A stretch of DNA of 64,000 nt, taken from assembly GCA_965224025.1 (NCBI GenBank), contig OZ245033.1, forward strand, positions 32,001-96,000, read 5' to 3'. This DNA comes from Candidatus Multivorans sp. (GTDB taxonomy: Bacteria; Acidobacteriota; Thermoanaerobaculia; Multivoradales; Multivoraceae). The notes under the pieces are model-generated. The model was given only the letters and a program-made list of their open reading frames with translations, was not told the DNA's origin and searched no databases. Below, piece by piece: positions 19,608 through 28,565 of the stretch. The first letter of the stretch is position 1, and the number at the start of each line of letters is the position of its first letter. Both the position numbers and the translations under genes were made by a program.

Positions 19608-19810
19608 ATTGCAGTAGAGGACTCCGCCACGGCACCGCCGTACCGCTGGGTGCGCGGGCCTTCTGGCCCGCATCAGGCGCGCTGCCGCGCAGCGGCGCGC
19701 GCGAGCTGTACTCAACGACGCACTCCGGCCCTGGCGGCGCCGGCCCGCGGCCGGCGCCTTTCCTGGCCGCCACCGGCGGCAGCGGGCCAGAAGGCCCGCG
19801 CACCCAGAAA
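19608..19810. repeat. REPIN-like inverted REP pair
   Basis: CTGGGTGCGCGGGCCTTCTGGCCCGC at about 19646 and its reverse complement GCGGGCCAGAAGGCCCGCGCACCCAG at about 19782. Confidence 0.85.
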
Positions 19811-19888
19811 CACGCCGTCGTGTTGCTTCCAGGCCATGCCGCGGTTGAAATGCCGCCGCGCGCGAGTCCACCGCGTTACAGTCCGCGG

Positions 19889-22327
19889 ATGCCCGACGAC
19901 GCCTCATCCCACCGCGAGCCGACGCCCTACGGCGCCTGGACGTCGCCGATCACGGCCCGGGACGTCGCGGAGGGCGCACGGCGCATCGACGACATCGCCG
20001 CTGCCGGCGACCGCGTCTGCTGGATCGAGCGGCGGCCCGACGAAGGCGGCCGCAACGTCCTCGTCTGCCGCGGACCGGACGGCGAAACCCACACCCTGAC
20101 GCCAGTCGGCTACGATGTCCGCAGCCGCGTTCACGAGTACGGCGGCGGGGCCTTCTGCCTCTTCTCTCCGGTCCGTCCGCGGCTCGGCGACACGGCCCCG
20201 GTTCCAGCACGGGGTTCCGCCAACGCCGCCGATGGTGCTCTGGGTGCGCGGGCCTTCTGGCCCGCGTCAAGTGCGATGCCGCGAAGCGGCGAGCACGAGT
20301 CGCCCGGCTCCGTTGCCCACGCCTTCGTCAACTTCAACGACCAGCGCGTCTACCTCGCCGGCGCCGGCTCGCCGATCCCCCTGACCCCTGCCGACGGCGC
20401 CCACTACGCCGACCTCACGTCCGACCCGCACCGCCGCCGCCTGATCGCCGTCCAGGAGCGTCCCGACACCGCCGGCGGTGAGGAGATCGCCGCCCTGGTC
20501 GCGATCCCCTTGCCCACGGCCGCGCCCGACCCGCTCCCGCCGCCCACCGACCCGCCCTCGCCCACCGAACTCGTCTCCGGCGCCGACTTCTACAGCAGTC
20601 CCCGGCTCTCGCCCGACGGCTCGAAGCTCGCCTGGCTGAGCTGGAACCACCCCGACATGCCCTGGGACGCCACCGAACTCCGGCTGGCCGACCTCGACGA
20701 ACGCGGGCTCCCGGTAACGCCGCGCCTCGTTGCCGGCGGCGCCGCCGCCGCGCCCGAGGCGATCCAGCAACCGAGCTTCGACGCCCACGGCCGGCTCACC
20801 TTCATCTCCGACCGCAGCGGCTGGTGGAACCTCTACCGCCTGGATCTCGCATCCGCCCGCAGCGACGCCGCGCCGATTCCAGAAGAGAGCTCCACCGACA
20901 CCAACGCCCGCGCTCTGGGTGCGCGGGCCTGTAGCCGCGGGTCTTCCGACCCGCGGAGAAGAACGGGCGCGACGCCGCGAAGCGGCTCCCACGAGTCGCC
21001 GCCACCCCCTGAGCCTCCCGCCACGCCTCGAACCCACCCCCACCACCCCCTCCTCCCCCGGAACGCCGAGTTCGGCGTCCCGCCCTGGCTGTTCGGCATG
21101 TCGACCTACGCCCACACCGCCTCGGGCATCGTCGCCGCCTGCTGCGACCAGGGCGCGTGGCGCCTCCTCTTCCTCCCCGCCGCCGCGACCGGACCCGACG
21201 CCGCGACCGGGCCCGCCGCCGCCGCCACCGACACCGCACCACCGCAGCCCGTCGCCATCCCGTCGCCCTACGCCTCGATCTCCTGGCTGCGCCCCGTCGA
21301 CGGCGCCACGCCCACCGACGCCGCCCTCTTCCTCGGCGCCGCCCCCGACCGGCACGCCGAGCTCGTTCGGCTCAGCCTGCCCGGCGGCGCCGCCGACTCC
21401 GCCGCCGGCGCCACCAACCCCGAAGCCCCCGAACTCGAAGCCCCCGAACTCGAAGTCCTCGCCACCACCGGCCCGGCCCCGGACCCCCGCTACCTCTCCC
21501 GCGGCCGGCCGATCGAATTCCCCTCCGCCGCCGGCCGCCGCGCCTTCGCGTTCTTCTACCCGCCCAAGAATGACGACGCGCAGGCCCCGGACGGCGCCAG
21601 GCCGCCCCTGATCGTCAAGAGCCACGGCGGTCCGACCTCCGCCGCCGAGCACGTCTACGACCCCGGCGTGCAGTACTGGACCTCCCGCGGCTTCGCGGTC
21701 GTCGACGTGAACTACGGCGGCAGCACCGGCCACGGCCGCGCCTACCGCGAGTCCCTGCGCGACCGCTGGGGGATCGTCGACGTCGAGGACTGCGCCGCCG
21801 CCGCCGAGGCGCTCGCGGCCCGCGGCGCGGTCGACCAGCGGAAACTCGTGATCCGCGGCGGCAGCGCCGGCGGCTACACCACCCTCGCCGCGCTCGCGTT
21901 CAAAGACACCTTCGCCGCCGGCGCCAGCCACTACGGCGTCGCCGACCTCGCGGCCCTCGCCCGCGACACGCACAAGTTCGAGTCGCGCTACCTCGACCGC
22001 CTGGTCGGTCCGTACCCGGAACGGAGCGACCTCTACGACGAGCGCTCGCCGATCAGCGCCCGCGACGGTTTCTCCCGCCCGGTCATTTTCTTCCAGGGCG
22101 CGGAAGACCGGATCGTGCCGCCCAACCAGGCCGAGTCCATGGTCGAGGCGCTGCGCGCCAAGGGCGTCCCCGTCGCCTACGTCCTGTTCGAGGGCGAGCA
22201 GCACGGCTTCCGCCGCGCCGAGAACATCCTCCGCGCCCTGGAGGCCGAGCTCAGCTTCTACGGCCAGGTCCTCGGCTTCGAGCCCGCCGGCGGCATCGAG
22301 CCCGTGACCCTCCTGGGGATTCTGTAG
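19889..22327 (+). CDS. S9 family prolyl oligopeptidase / dipeptidyl peptidase with in-frame repeat insertions
   Basis: PYGAWTSPI, HGGPT, NYGGSTG, GGSAGG nucleophile, QGAEDRIV, EQHGF. Confidence 0.93.
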   Translation: MPDDASSHREPTPYGAWTSPITARDVAEGARRIDDIAAAGDRVCWIERRPDEGGRNVLVCRGPDGETHTLTPVGYDVRSRVHEYGGGAFCLFSPVRPRLGDTAPVPARGSANAADGALGARAFWPASSAMPRSGEHESPGSVAHAFVNFNDQRVYLAGAGSPIPLTPADGAHYADLTSDPHRRRLIAVQERPDTAGGEEIAALVAIPLPTAAPDPLPPPTDPPSPTELVSGADFYSSPRLSPDGSKLAWLSWNHPDMPWDATELRLADLDERGLPVTPRLVAGGAAAAPEAIQQPSFDAHGRLTFISDRSGWWNLYRLDLASARSDAAPIPEESSTDTNARALGARACSRGSSDPRRRTGATPRSGSHESPPPPEPPATPRTHPHHPLLPRNAEFGVPPWLFGMSTYAHTASGIVAACCDQGAWRLLFLPAAATGPDAATGPAAAATDTAPPQPVAIPSPYASISWLRPVDGATPTDAALFLGAAPDRHAELVRLSLPGGAADSAAGATNPEAPELEAPELEVLATTGPAPDPRYLSRGRPIEFPSAAGRRAFAFFYPPKNDDAQAPDGARPPLIVKSHGGPTSAAEHVYDPGVQYWTSRGFAVVDVNYGGSTGHGRAYRESLRDRWGIVDVEDCAAAAEALAARGAVDQRKLVIRGGSAGGYTTLAALAFKDTFAAGASHYGVADLAALARDTHKFESRYLDRLVGPYPERSDLYDERSPISARDGFSRPVIFFQGAEDRIVPPNQAESMVEALRAKGVPVAYVLFEGEQHGFRRAENILRALEAELSFYGQVLGFEPAGGIEPVTLLGIL
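20236..20302 (+). repeat. REP in frame in the S9 peptidase (insertion 1)
   Basis: CTGGGTGCGCGGGCCTTCTGGCCCGCGTCAAG, translated as ALGARAFWPASS. Confidence 0.85.
20911..21000 (+). repeat. REP in frame in the S9 peptidase (insertion 2)
   Basis: CTGGGTGCGCGGGCC..GCGGGTCTTCCGACCCGC..GCCGCGAAGCGGC, translated as ALGARACSRGSSDPRR. Confidence 0.8.
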
Positions 22328-22380
22328 GAGCCTGTCTGGTGGAGGATCGAAGTCCAGCCCAGAATTCTCGAGGAGTACCC

Positions 22381-22716
22381 ATGACCGACACCGCCGCCGC
22401 CGTCAGCGACATCTTCGCGCAGATGCCCGGCCGTCTCGACCCGGAAGCCGCCGCCGGTCTCGACGCCGTGATCCAGTTCGACCTCTCGGGCGATGGCGGC
22501 GGCGTCTGGCACTGCGCGATCAAGGACGGCGCCTGCGCGGTGGGCGAGGGCGCCCACGAGGCGCCGACGATGACCGTGTCGATGGAAGCGGCCGACTACG
22601 TCGAGCTCACCGCCGGCAGCCTGGACGGCATGACCGCCTTCATGACCGGCCGCCTGCGCATCGCCGGCGACATGGGCCTGGCGATGCGGATGCAGAACCT
22701 GTTCAGCATGGGCTGA
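22381..22716 (+). CDS. SCP2 sterol-binding domain protein
   Basis: IQFDLSGDGGG..LDGMTAFMTGRLRIAGDMGLAM; GAGGAG RBS. Confidence 0.9.
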   Translation: MTDTAAAVSDIFAQMPGRLDPEAAAGLDAVIQFDLSGDGGGVWHCAIKDGACAVGEGAHEAPTMTVSMEAADYVELTAGSLDGMTAFMTGRLRIAGDMGLAMRMQNLFSMG

Positions 22717-22734
22717 GGCCGCCGGTACGCCGGC

Positions 22735-22795
22735 AGGGTGCGCCGACCTTCCGGCCGGCATCAGGCGCGCTGCCGCGTAGCGGCGAGCGCGGAAC
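22735..22795 (+). repeat. REP copy
   Basis: GGGTGCGCCGACCTTCCGGCCGGCATCAGGCGCGCTGCCGCGTAGCGGCG. Confidence 0.75.
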
Positions 22796-23032
22796 TCAGT
22801 AGTCGTCTCTCTTGAAGTCCCCAGGGTGGAAGGTCTGGATGCCTTCGAGCCGCTGGACGTACAACCCGTACGACTCGGCGCTCCCGTCCGGGTCGGGACG
22901 GGTCACGCAGTTGACCGCACCACGCGCGTCAAGGCGGCCCGCCCCCACCCCGCCGTCAAACGTCCTTGCCCGTTGCCCTCTCCCCGCCGCACCCGCTACG
23001 CTCCCCGCGCCCCGCCTGCCCCCAAGTCCCAC

Positions 23033-24211
23033 TTGGCCGGCCCGCGCAACATCGCACTCTGCTTCGACGGCACCTGGAACAGCGACGACCGGGCGTCGCC
23101 CACGAACGTCGTCAAGACGAGCCAGGCGCTCGCGCCGCGGACCGCGGCGGGCACGCCGCAGCTCCGCTACTACGACCGCGGCGTCGGTACCGGGCGCTTC
23201 GACCGCGTGCGGGGCGGGGTGGTGGGTCTCGGCCTCGCCCGCAACGTGGAACTGGCCTACGCCTGGCTGAGCTCCCACTATCGCCCCGGCGACCGGCTCT
23301 TCCTGTTCGGCTACAGCCGCGGGGCCTATACCGCGCGCAGCCTGGCCGGGCTGCTCGGCCTCTGCGGCGTCCCCGACCCGCAGCGCTGCGCCGCCGCCGG
23401 CCTCCGGGTGGCCGATGTCGCGCTGCGGGGCATGGCGATCTACCGGCTGCGGCCCGGCGCCGCGCGCAGCGAGCGCGCCGCCTGCCACGTCGAGACCTTC
23501 GCCGTGACCCGCGGCGCCGGCGGCCGCCGGCAGGGGCCGCCCGCCGCCGGGCCCCCGTGCACGGTCCACTTCATCGGCGTGTGGGACACCGTGGGCGCCC
23601 TCGGCGTGCCGGTCACCTGGTTGAACTGGATCGGCGCCCGCCGCCACCGCTTCCACGACGTGCGCCTAGACCGCCACATCCGGCACGCCTGCCACGCGGT
23701 GGCGATCGACGAGGCCCGCCGCCCCTTCGCCCCCACCCTGTGGACCAACCGGCCGGCGCCGGGCCAGAACGTCGAGCAGCTCTGGTTCCCGGGCGTTCAC
23801 AGCGATGTCGGCGGCGGGCGTCCGAACACCGGGCTCTCCGACCGCGCGCTGCTCTGGATCTGGGCAAGGGCCCACGCCGCCGGCCTCGCGCTGCGGCCCG
23901 ATGCCGCCCGCGCCGGCATGGCGCCCGACGAACTCGGCCCGCAGGGCGACTCGATGTCGCTGGTCTACCGGCTCTGGGGCCGTTACGACCGGCCGGTCGG
24001 CGAGCGCGGCGAGGACGGCCGGCCCCTGGCGACGGGCGAACGCGTCCACTTCTCCGCCATGCGGCGCCTGGAGGCCCGGGAAACCAGCGCCTACCGCGAG
24101 GGAACCGCCGGCCGCACCCTGCTTCCGGCCCTGGAGCGCGACCTGGTCCGCGCGGCGCCGCCGGCGCCGGGCGAGGAAAACCCCGAGGAAGTCTCTTGGG
24201 ACGGCCCCTAA
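23033..24211 (+). CDS. DUF2235 (Tle1-like alpha/beta hydrolase) protein
   Basis: CFDGTWN, GYSRGA, GVWDTV, WFPGVHSDVGGG; TTG start uncertain. Confidence 0.88.
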   Translation: MAGPRNIALCFDGTWNSDDRASPTNVVKTSQALAPRTAAGTPQLRYYDRGVGTGRFDRVRGGVVGLGLARNVELAYAWLSSHYRPGDRLFLFGYSRGAYTARSLAGLLGLCGVPDPQRCAAAGLRVADVALRGMAIYRLRPGAARSERAACHVETFAVTRGAGGRRQGPPAAGPPCTVHFIGVWDTVGALGVPVTWLNWIGARRHRFHDVRLDRHIRHACHAVAIDEARRPFAPTLWTNRPAPGQNVEQLWFPGVHSDVGGGRPNTGLSDRALLWIWARAHAAGLALRPDAARAGMAPDELGPQGDSMSLVYRLWGRYDRPVGERGEDGRPLATGERVHFSAMRRLEARETSAYREGTAGRTLLPALERDLVRAAPPAPGEENPEEVSWDGP

Positions 24212-24252
24212 CCCCAACCCCATCAACAATTTGACTTCCACACCCCTACCTC

Positions 24253-24281
24253 TTGACGAATCCCCTTGAAGGGCCTATAGT
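24253..24281 (+). promoter_or_regulatory. Sigma70 promoter of the paralogue trio
   Basis: TTGACG-17 bp-TATAGT; IHF-like CATCAACAATTTG just upstream (about 24221-24233). Confidence 0.75.
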
Positions 24282-24658
24282 GGCGGTGCTCGGAGGAACT
24301 TGATTCGGCAGGAGGCTGCATTCGATCCACCCGCGCCCCGACGCTTTGCGACATTCCGTGCAACGCTGGGCGCCACTGGATCTATTCGGTCGTTTCGGCT
24401 AAGGTTCCACCTACGTTTGGACAGACGGCCTTGAAGTCTTTTATCGGGAGGTGATGCGCAGCATCAGCGTAGGACGGTCGGCGGCTCGGTTCTGCCGGGG
24501 TCTGATCGTCCAGACAGAAACGTCAGCGGCCAGGGCAGCGCGGAACGTCCGCATCGCAGTGGCCTGATCTTCGGATCAAACGAAACTCCCGGTCCGGCAA
24601 ACGGCCGGTCCGGCAAATGAACGGCGGTTTGAAAGCCGCTCAAGGAGAAAACAAACTG

Positions 24659-25714
24659 ATGAAGCTGATGAAGCACATCACTATCGCGCTGGTGCTCAGC
24701 GTGATCCCGGCGATGGCCTTCGGTCAGGTCGGCGCAATCGATCCGGCCATGGTCGACGTCCTGTGTCCGGCGGACGAATGCCACACCGCCACCTACTTCC
24801 AGGGTTCGGGCGGCTTCGTGGGCATGGCCACGGCCGACAACCCGAAGACGATGGACACGGACGAGAGCGAAGTCGCGTTCATCGTGTCCTGCGGCAACGT
24901 GACCACCAGGGCGGTCGCCGCGAAGGACGCCATGGGCGTCGTCCGGCAGGTGTTCAGCGAGGAGAACGGTCTGGCCTGCGCGGCCGACGGCGAGATCAAC
25001 ATTCATCGCCTGATGCCCGGAGGCTGGTACTGGATCAACGACGACATGAACTCGGCGGTGGCCAGCCTGATGCCGAAGACGGTTCTGAACAACGCCAAGA
25101 CCACTCCGATCGATCCGGGCGGCTTGGTGTTCAACACGGGCGACAGCGAGAGGGCGACCTACGTCAAGCACGAGATGACCGGCCGGGTCGGCATCCTCCA
25201 GCACATCCAGCCGGTTGAGCCGAAGAGGCCCTGCGGTGGCGAGCTCAACAGAGACAACGACTGTGTCCTGGATGCTACGTACCACATCACGATGATGGTC
25301 GGCGCCAAGCCAGTCGGCGCCAGTGTCGAACGGGGCGCGGCCGACATCGTAGTCACTCTCGGCCTCGGTGGCAGCGGTTTCATCGACAACACCGCTAGCG
25401 GCACCGATCCGGGTGCGACCTGGATGATCGGCGGACCGGGCGGAGTCAGCATGCCGGGCGTGATCGCCAATGCGGGTGACGGGATGTTTACGATCACTGC
25501 CTCGACCGACGCTCGTTGTGCGGCCACCAACGCGGACCGGGCGTCGCCCGTCATGGTCAAGGTCGATGCCGCGGATTCGACGGGCGTAGTTCCTGGCTTC
25601 GGCGCCATGGGGGGCCCAAGCAGGACAATCGGTGTCACCTGCCCCAAGGCGTCGGCGGCGGCGAACCAGGGCCTGGAGCTCGTGCCGGACAACCCGTTCC
25701 CGGTCAGCCAGTAA
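24659..25714 (+). CDS. Secreted hypothetical protein, 8-Cys family paralogue 1
   Basis: AAGGAG RBS, signal peptide, GGWYWINDD and YVKHEMTGRVGI shared with the two downstream genes. Confidence 0.85.
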   Translation: MKLMKHITIALVLSVIPAMAFGQVGAIDPAMVDVLCPADECHTATYFQGSGGFVGMATADNPKTMDTDESEVAFIVSCGNVTTRAVAAKDAMGVVRQVFSEENGLACAADGEINIHRLMPGGWYWINDDMNSAVASLMPKTVLNNAKTTPIDPGGLVFNTGDSERATYVKHEMTGRVGILQHIQPVEPKRPCGGELNRDNDCVLDATYHITMMVGAKPVGASVERGAADIVVTLGLGGSGFIDNTASGTDPGATWMIGGPGGVSMPGVIANAGDGMFTITASTDARCAATNADRASPVMVKVDAADSTGVVPGFGAMGGPSRTIGVTCPKASAAANQGLELVPDNPFPVSQ

Positions 25715-26003
25715 GGGAACATACGAGAGGTGTCTTGTGGCCTGAGGGTCTTGAAGAAGCCTCCCAGGACATAGAGAACCACTCTTGAGCGGCGCTTCCG
25801 CGTCGGGCCCTTGCCCGGCGCGGAGGTTGCCGCTCCTTTCGTTGGGGCGGGGGTCTTGCGCCGCCGGGCTGGAGGAAACGTGTGCGGAAGCTGCTCCAGA
25901 CTGGATCTTGTGGCCGGCTTCTTCTAGGGTTGTGCCTTGTGGACTTGGCCGCGGCCGTTGGATCCCGCGTGCGACCGGAGGAGTTGAGAGGAAGTTCGAA
26001 GCG

Positions 26004-27011
26004 ATGAAACGCTTGATCCTTGCCTTGGCGGTCGTTCCGCCGGCCTCGGTCGTATCTGGCCAGACCGGTACGGCGGACGCGGCGGAGGTCCGGGTCACCT
26101 GTTCGGCTCCGTGCTATGTGGCGCCTTTCTTCGCGGGACGGGGTGGTTTCGTGGCGGAGGCCGTGAGAGGAGGCCCGTTCGGTCCCGTAGACTTCGCGCT
26201 CACCTGCGGCTCGACGGTGACCACGGGCACCGTCGAGCCGGACGAGGACCGCATCGTCCGCCAGGTGTTCACCCGCGCCAACGGCCTGGCTTGCGACGCG
26301 GAGAGCGGCAAGATCGAGATCTCTGGACTCAAGGCTGGCGGCTGGTACTGGATCAACGACGACCGAAACTCGGCGGTGTCTTCCCTTGTCAACGGCAATG
26401 TACTGGGCGAAGGCCACGTGAGGGTTCGGCCCCTCGCTCCGGGCGGCGTCACGATCACATCTATGGAGGGCGGCGACGCGAGCTTCGTCAAGCACGAGAT
26501 GAGCGGCCGCGTGGGGATCATCTCCCACATCTTGCCGGTGCCGGAAATGCCGCCCTGCGCCGATCAGGAGAACCTGAGGAACAACTGCGAGCTTCGCGGG
26601 TCCTACGAGATCGTTCTGAAGTCGGGCGATGCCGTTGTCGGTTCGGACGTCGTGCGCGGCGGCGACGACGGCGAGACGTACTTCATCGTTACCGCCTCGC
26701 TTGCCGGGAGCGGCTACATCCCTATCGACCCGGCGACGCCTCCGGTCGCCGCCTACCGGATCGCCGGCCCGGGCGGTACGGAGGAGAATCCGGTCGGCAC
26801 GCCCGGCGTGAACCATGCCTTTCCGTCGGCGGATATCGGCATTGAGGCGAAGGCTGGTTCGGGGGAACGGTGCGGTGAGACGAGTTCGCTCCGGGACGTT
26901 CCGGTCACGGTGGTCATTGCGGCGATCAATCCGGAGGCCGGGCTCGGCGCGGTGCCGCGGCTGCCGGAGGAAGGGATCAGGAGGACCGTCACCGTCTCCT
27001 GCCCCGAATAG
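26004..27011 (+). CDS. Secreted hypothetical protein, 8-Cys family paralogue 2
   Basis: MKRLILALAV signal, GGWYWINDD, FVKHEMSGRVGI, ends VSCPE. Confidence 0.82.
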   Translation: MKRLILALAVVPPASVVSGQTGTADAAEVRVTCSAPCYVAPFFAGRGGFVAEAVRGGPFGPVDFALTCGSTVTTGTVEPDEDRIVRQVFTRANGLACDAESGKIEISGLKAGGWYWINDDRNSAVSSLVNGNVLGEGHVRVRPLAPGGVTITSMEGGDASFVKHEMSGRVGIISHILPVPEMPPCADQENLRNNCELRGSYEIVLKSGDAVVGSDVVRGGDDGETYFIVTASLAGSGYIPIDPATPPVAAYRIAGPGGTEENPVGTPGVNHAFPSADIGIEAKAGSGERCGETSSLRDVPVTVVIAAINPEAGLGAVPRLPEEGIRRTVTVSCPE

Positions 27012-27097
27012 GCATGACCCGGAGTCTGGCGCTTGTCGGGCCCTCGTGGCCTGGTCGCAGCCGGGTCCCGGGTCGGGCGGCGGCCGCGAACGGGGCG

Positions 27098-28120
27098 GTG
27101 ACGCGGTTGAAGTTCATCTTCGCCTATCTCCTGGCCGGCGCGGTTCCCGCACTGGCGTTGGGCCAGAGCGTCAACATCGTGTGCTCTGCCGAGAGCTGCC
27201 ACTTCGCGCCCTACTTCCGGGGTGAAGGCGGCTTCGTTGGCGAGCGGGCGCCGACCCACGTGGACGACCGAGGCGCGCCGCTGCCGATCCGATTCGTGCT
27301 GGAATGTGGGCGCGTGACGGTGTCCGGCGAGGTCGAGCCGGACGCGGACGGAATCATCCGGCAGCTACTGACCGGGCGAGAAGGTCTGGCCTGTTGGGGG
27401 GACGGCGGCACCTTCGAGCTTCGAGGTCTCCGCGACGGGGGTTGGTACTGGATCAACGACAGGAGGAACTCCGCGGTCTCTCCCCTGGTCAGGCTGGGCG
27501 CCCGCGCCAATCCGGAGACGAAGCCGTTCGATCCCGGCGGCGTGACGATGACGACGATCCGTAGGGGCGCCGCGACCTACGTGAAGCACGAGCCGACCGG
27601 CCGGGTCGGCATCATCCCGAACATCCTGCCCGTGGCGGCGACCCCGGACTGCAGCGGTGAGGCGCCCAACGGTGAAGCTTGCCTCCTGGGGTCGCCGGAG
27701 GATTGGTCTCTCGTACTGACCACGGGCGATGGCGACGCGCCCGTCGGCGCCGGGGCGATCGAGCGCGGGGCCGACGTGTCGGTCAAGGTCAGCCTCGTGG
27801 GACGGAACTTCGTCAGGACGGGGACCGTGGCGACCGACATCTCTCTCTCCGGCGGCACGCGCGGCGAGACGATCCTGAGCGCCCCGGCCGAAGTGACGAT
27901 CTCGGGCACGCCGCCGGACGCCGCCGAGGGCGGCGAGCTGGCGTGGACGATCCTGGTGGCCGACGACCCGGACCTCTGCGCCGCGACGCACCCGGACCGG
28001 CTGCTCGAGCAGACCGTCGTGGTTACCGCTTCCGCCGCGCTGGCGGGCGCGGTCCCGGCCTACGCCGCCGGTGAGGGTCCATCGGCCAGCTTCACGATCA
28101 ATTGCCCGGATTCGGGGTAG
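27098..28120 (+). CDS. Secreted hypothetical protein, 8-Cys family paralogue 3
   Basis: Signal peptide, GGWYWINDR, YVKHEPTGRVGI, ends INCPDSG; start uncertain (27014 is an alternative). Confidence 0.82.
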   Translation: MTRLKFIFAYLLAGAVPALALGQSVNIVCSAESCHFAPYFRGEGGFVGERAPTHVDDRGAPLPIRFVLECGRVTVSGEVEPDADGIIRQLLTGREGLACWGDGGTFELRGLRDGGWYWINDRRNSAVSPLVRLGARANPETKPFDPGGVTMTTIRRGAATYVKHEPTGRVGIIPNILPVAATPDCSGEAPNGEACLLGSPEDWSLVLTTGDGDAPVGAGAIERGADVSVKVSLVGRNFVRTGTVATDISLSGGTRGETILSAPAEVTISGTPPDAAEGGELAWTILVADDPDLCAATHPDRLLEQTVVVTASAALAGAVPAYAAGEGPSASFTINCPDSG

Positions 28121-28194
28121 CCGGTAGCCGCATCCTCGGTGCGAGCTCACCAGTAGACGCCACGCCGTGGGAAAGACAGCTCCCGCACGCCGCT

Positions 28195-28252
28195 TCCCGG
28201 CGGCGCGGCGGACGCGGGCCGGAAGGCCCGCGCAACGGCCGGCGCGCCCGGT
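28195..28252 (-). repeat. REP copy
   Basis: GCGGGCCGGAAGGCCCGCGCAACGGCCGGCGC, close to the reverse complement of 3977-4008. Confidence 0.75.
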
Positions 28253-28565
28253 CTCTTCGACGGCCCCAGAATCGATGAAAACAAACGGCTTCCAGAAGCG
28301 ATATAAGAACTGGGACGGTTTTCCGTCTTAGTCTATGGAAGCGCTACTTCCATGCAGACCTGCAGGTCACAGAACGCCGGTTTGGCTTCTCCGGGGTTCA
28401 CCGAACGGCCGCGGCGAGTGGGCGGGCGCTTCGGGGGGGTCGGCCTGCTCCGGAGAAAAGGGGCACCTCCAAGGGCCGGCGCCCCCATCTCCCCGATCGG
28501 GGATAATCGGCTCTTGACTACCCACGCAAGACTCGGCGAGCGTCGCACGGTGGTGGAGATCCGCC

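Noticed and set aside
23033-24211. Type VI secretion effector locus
   Set aside because: The Tle1-like domain stands alone, with no vgrG, PAAR or immunity gene nearby.
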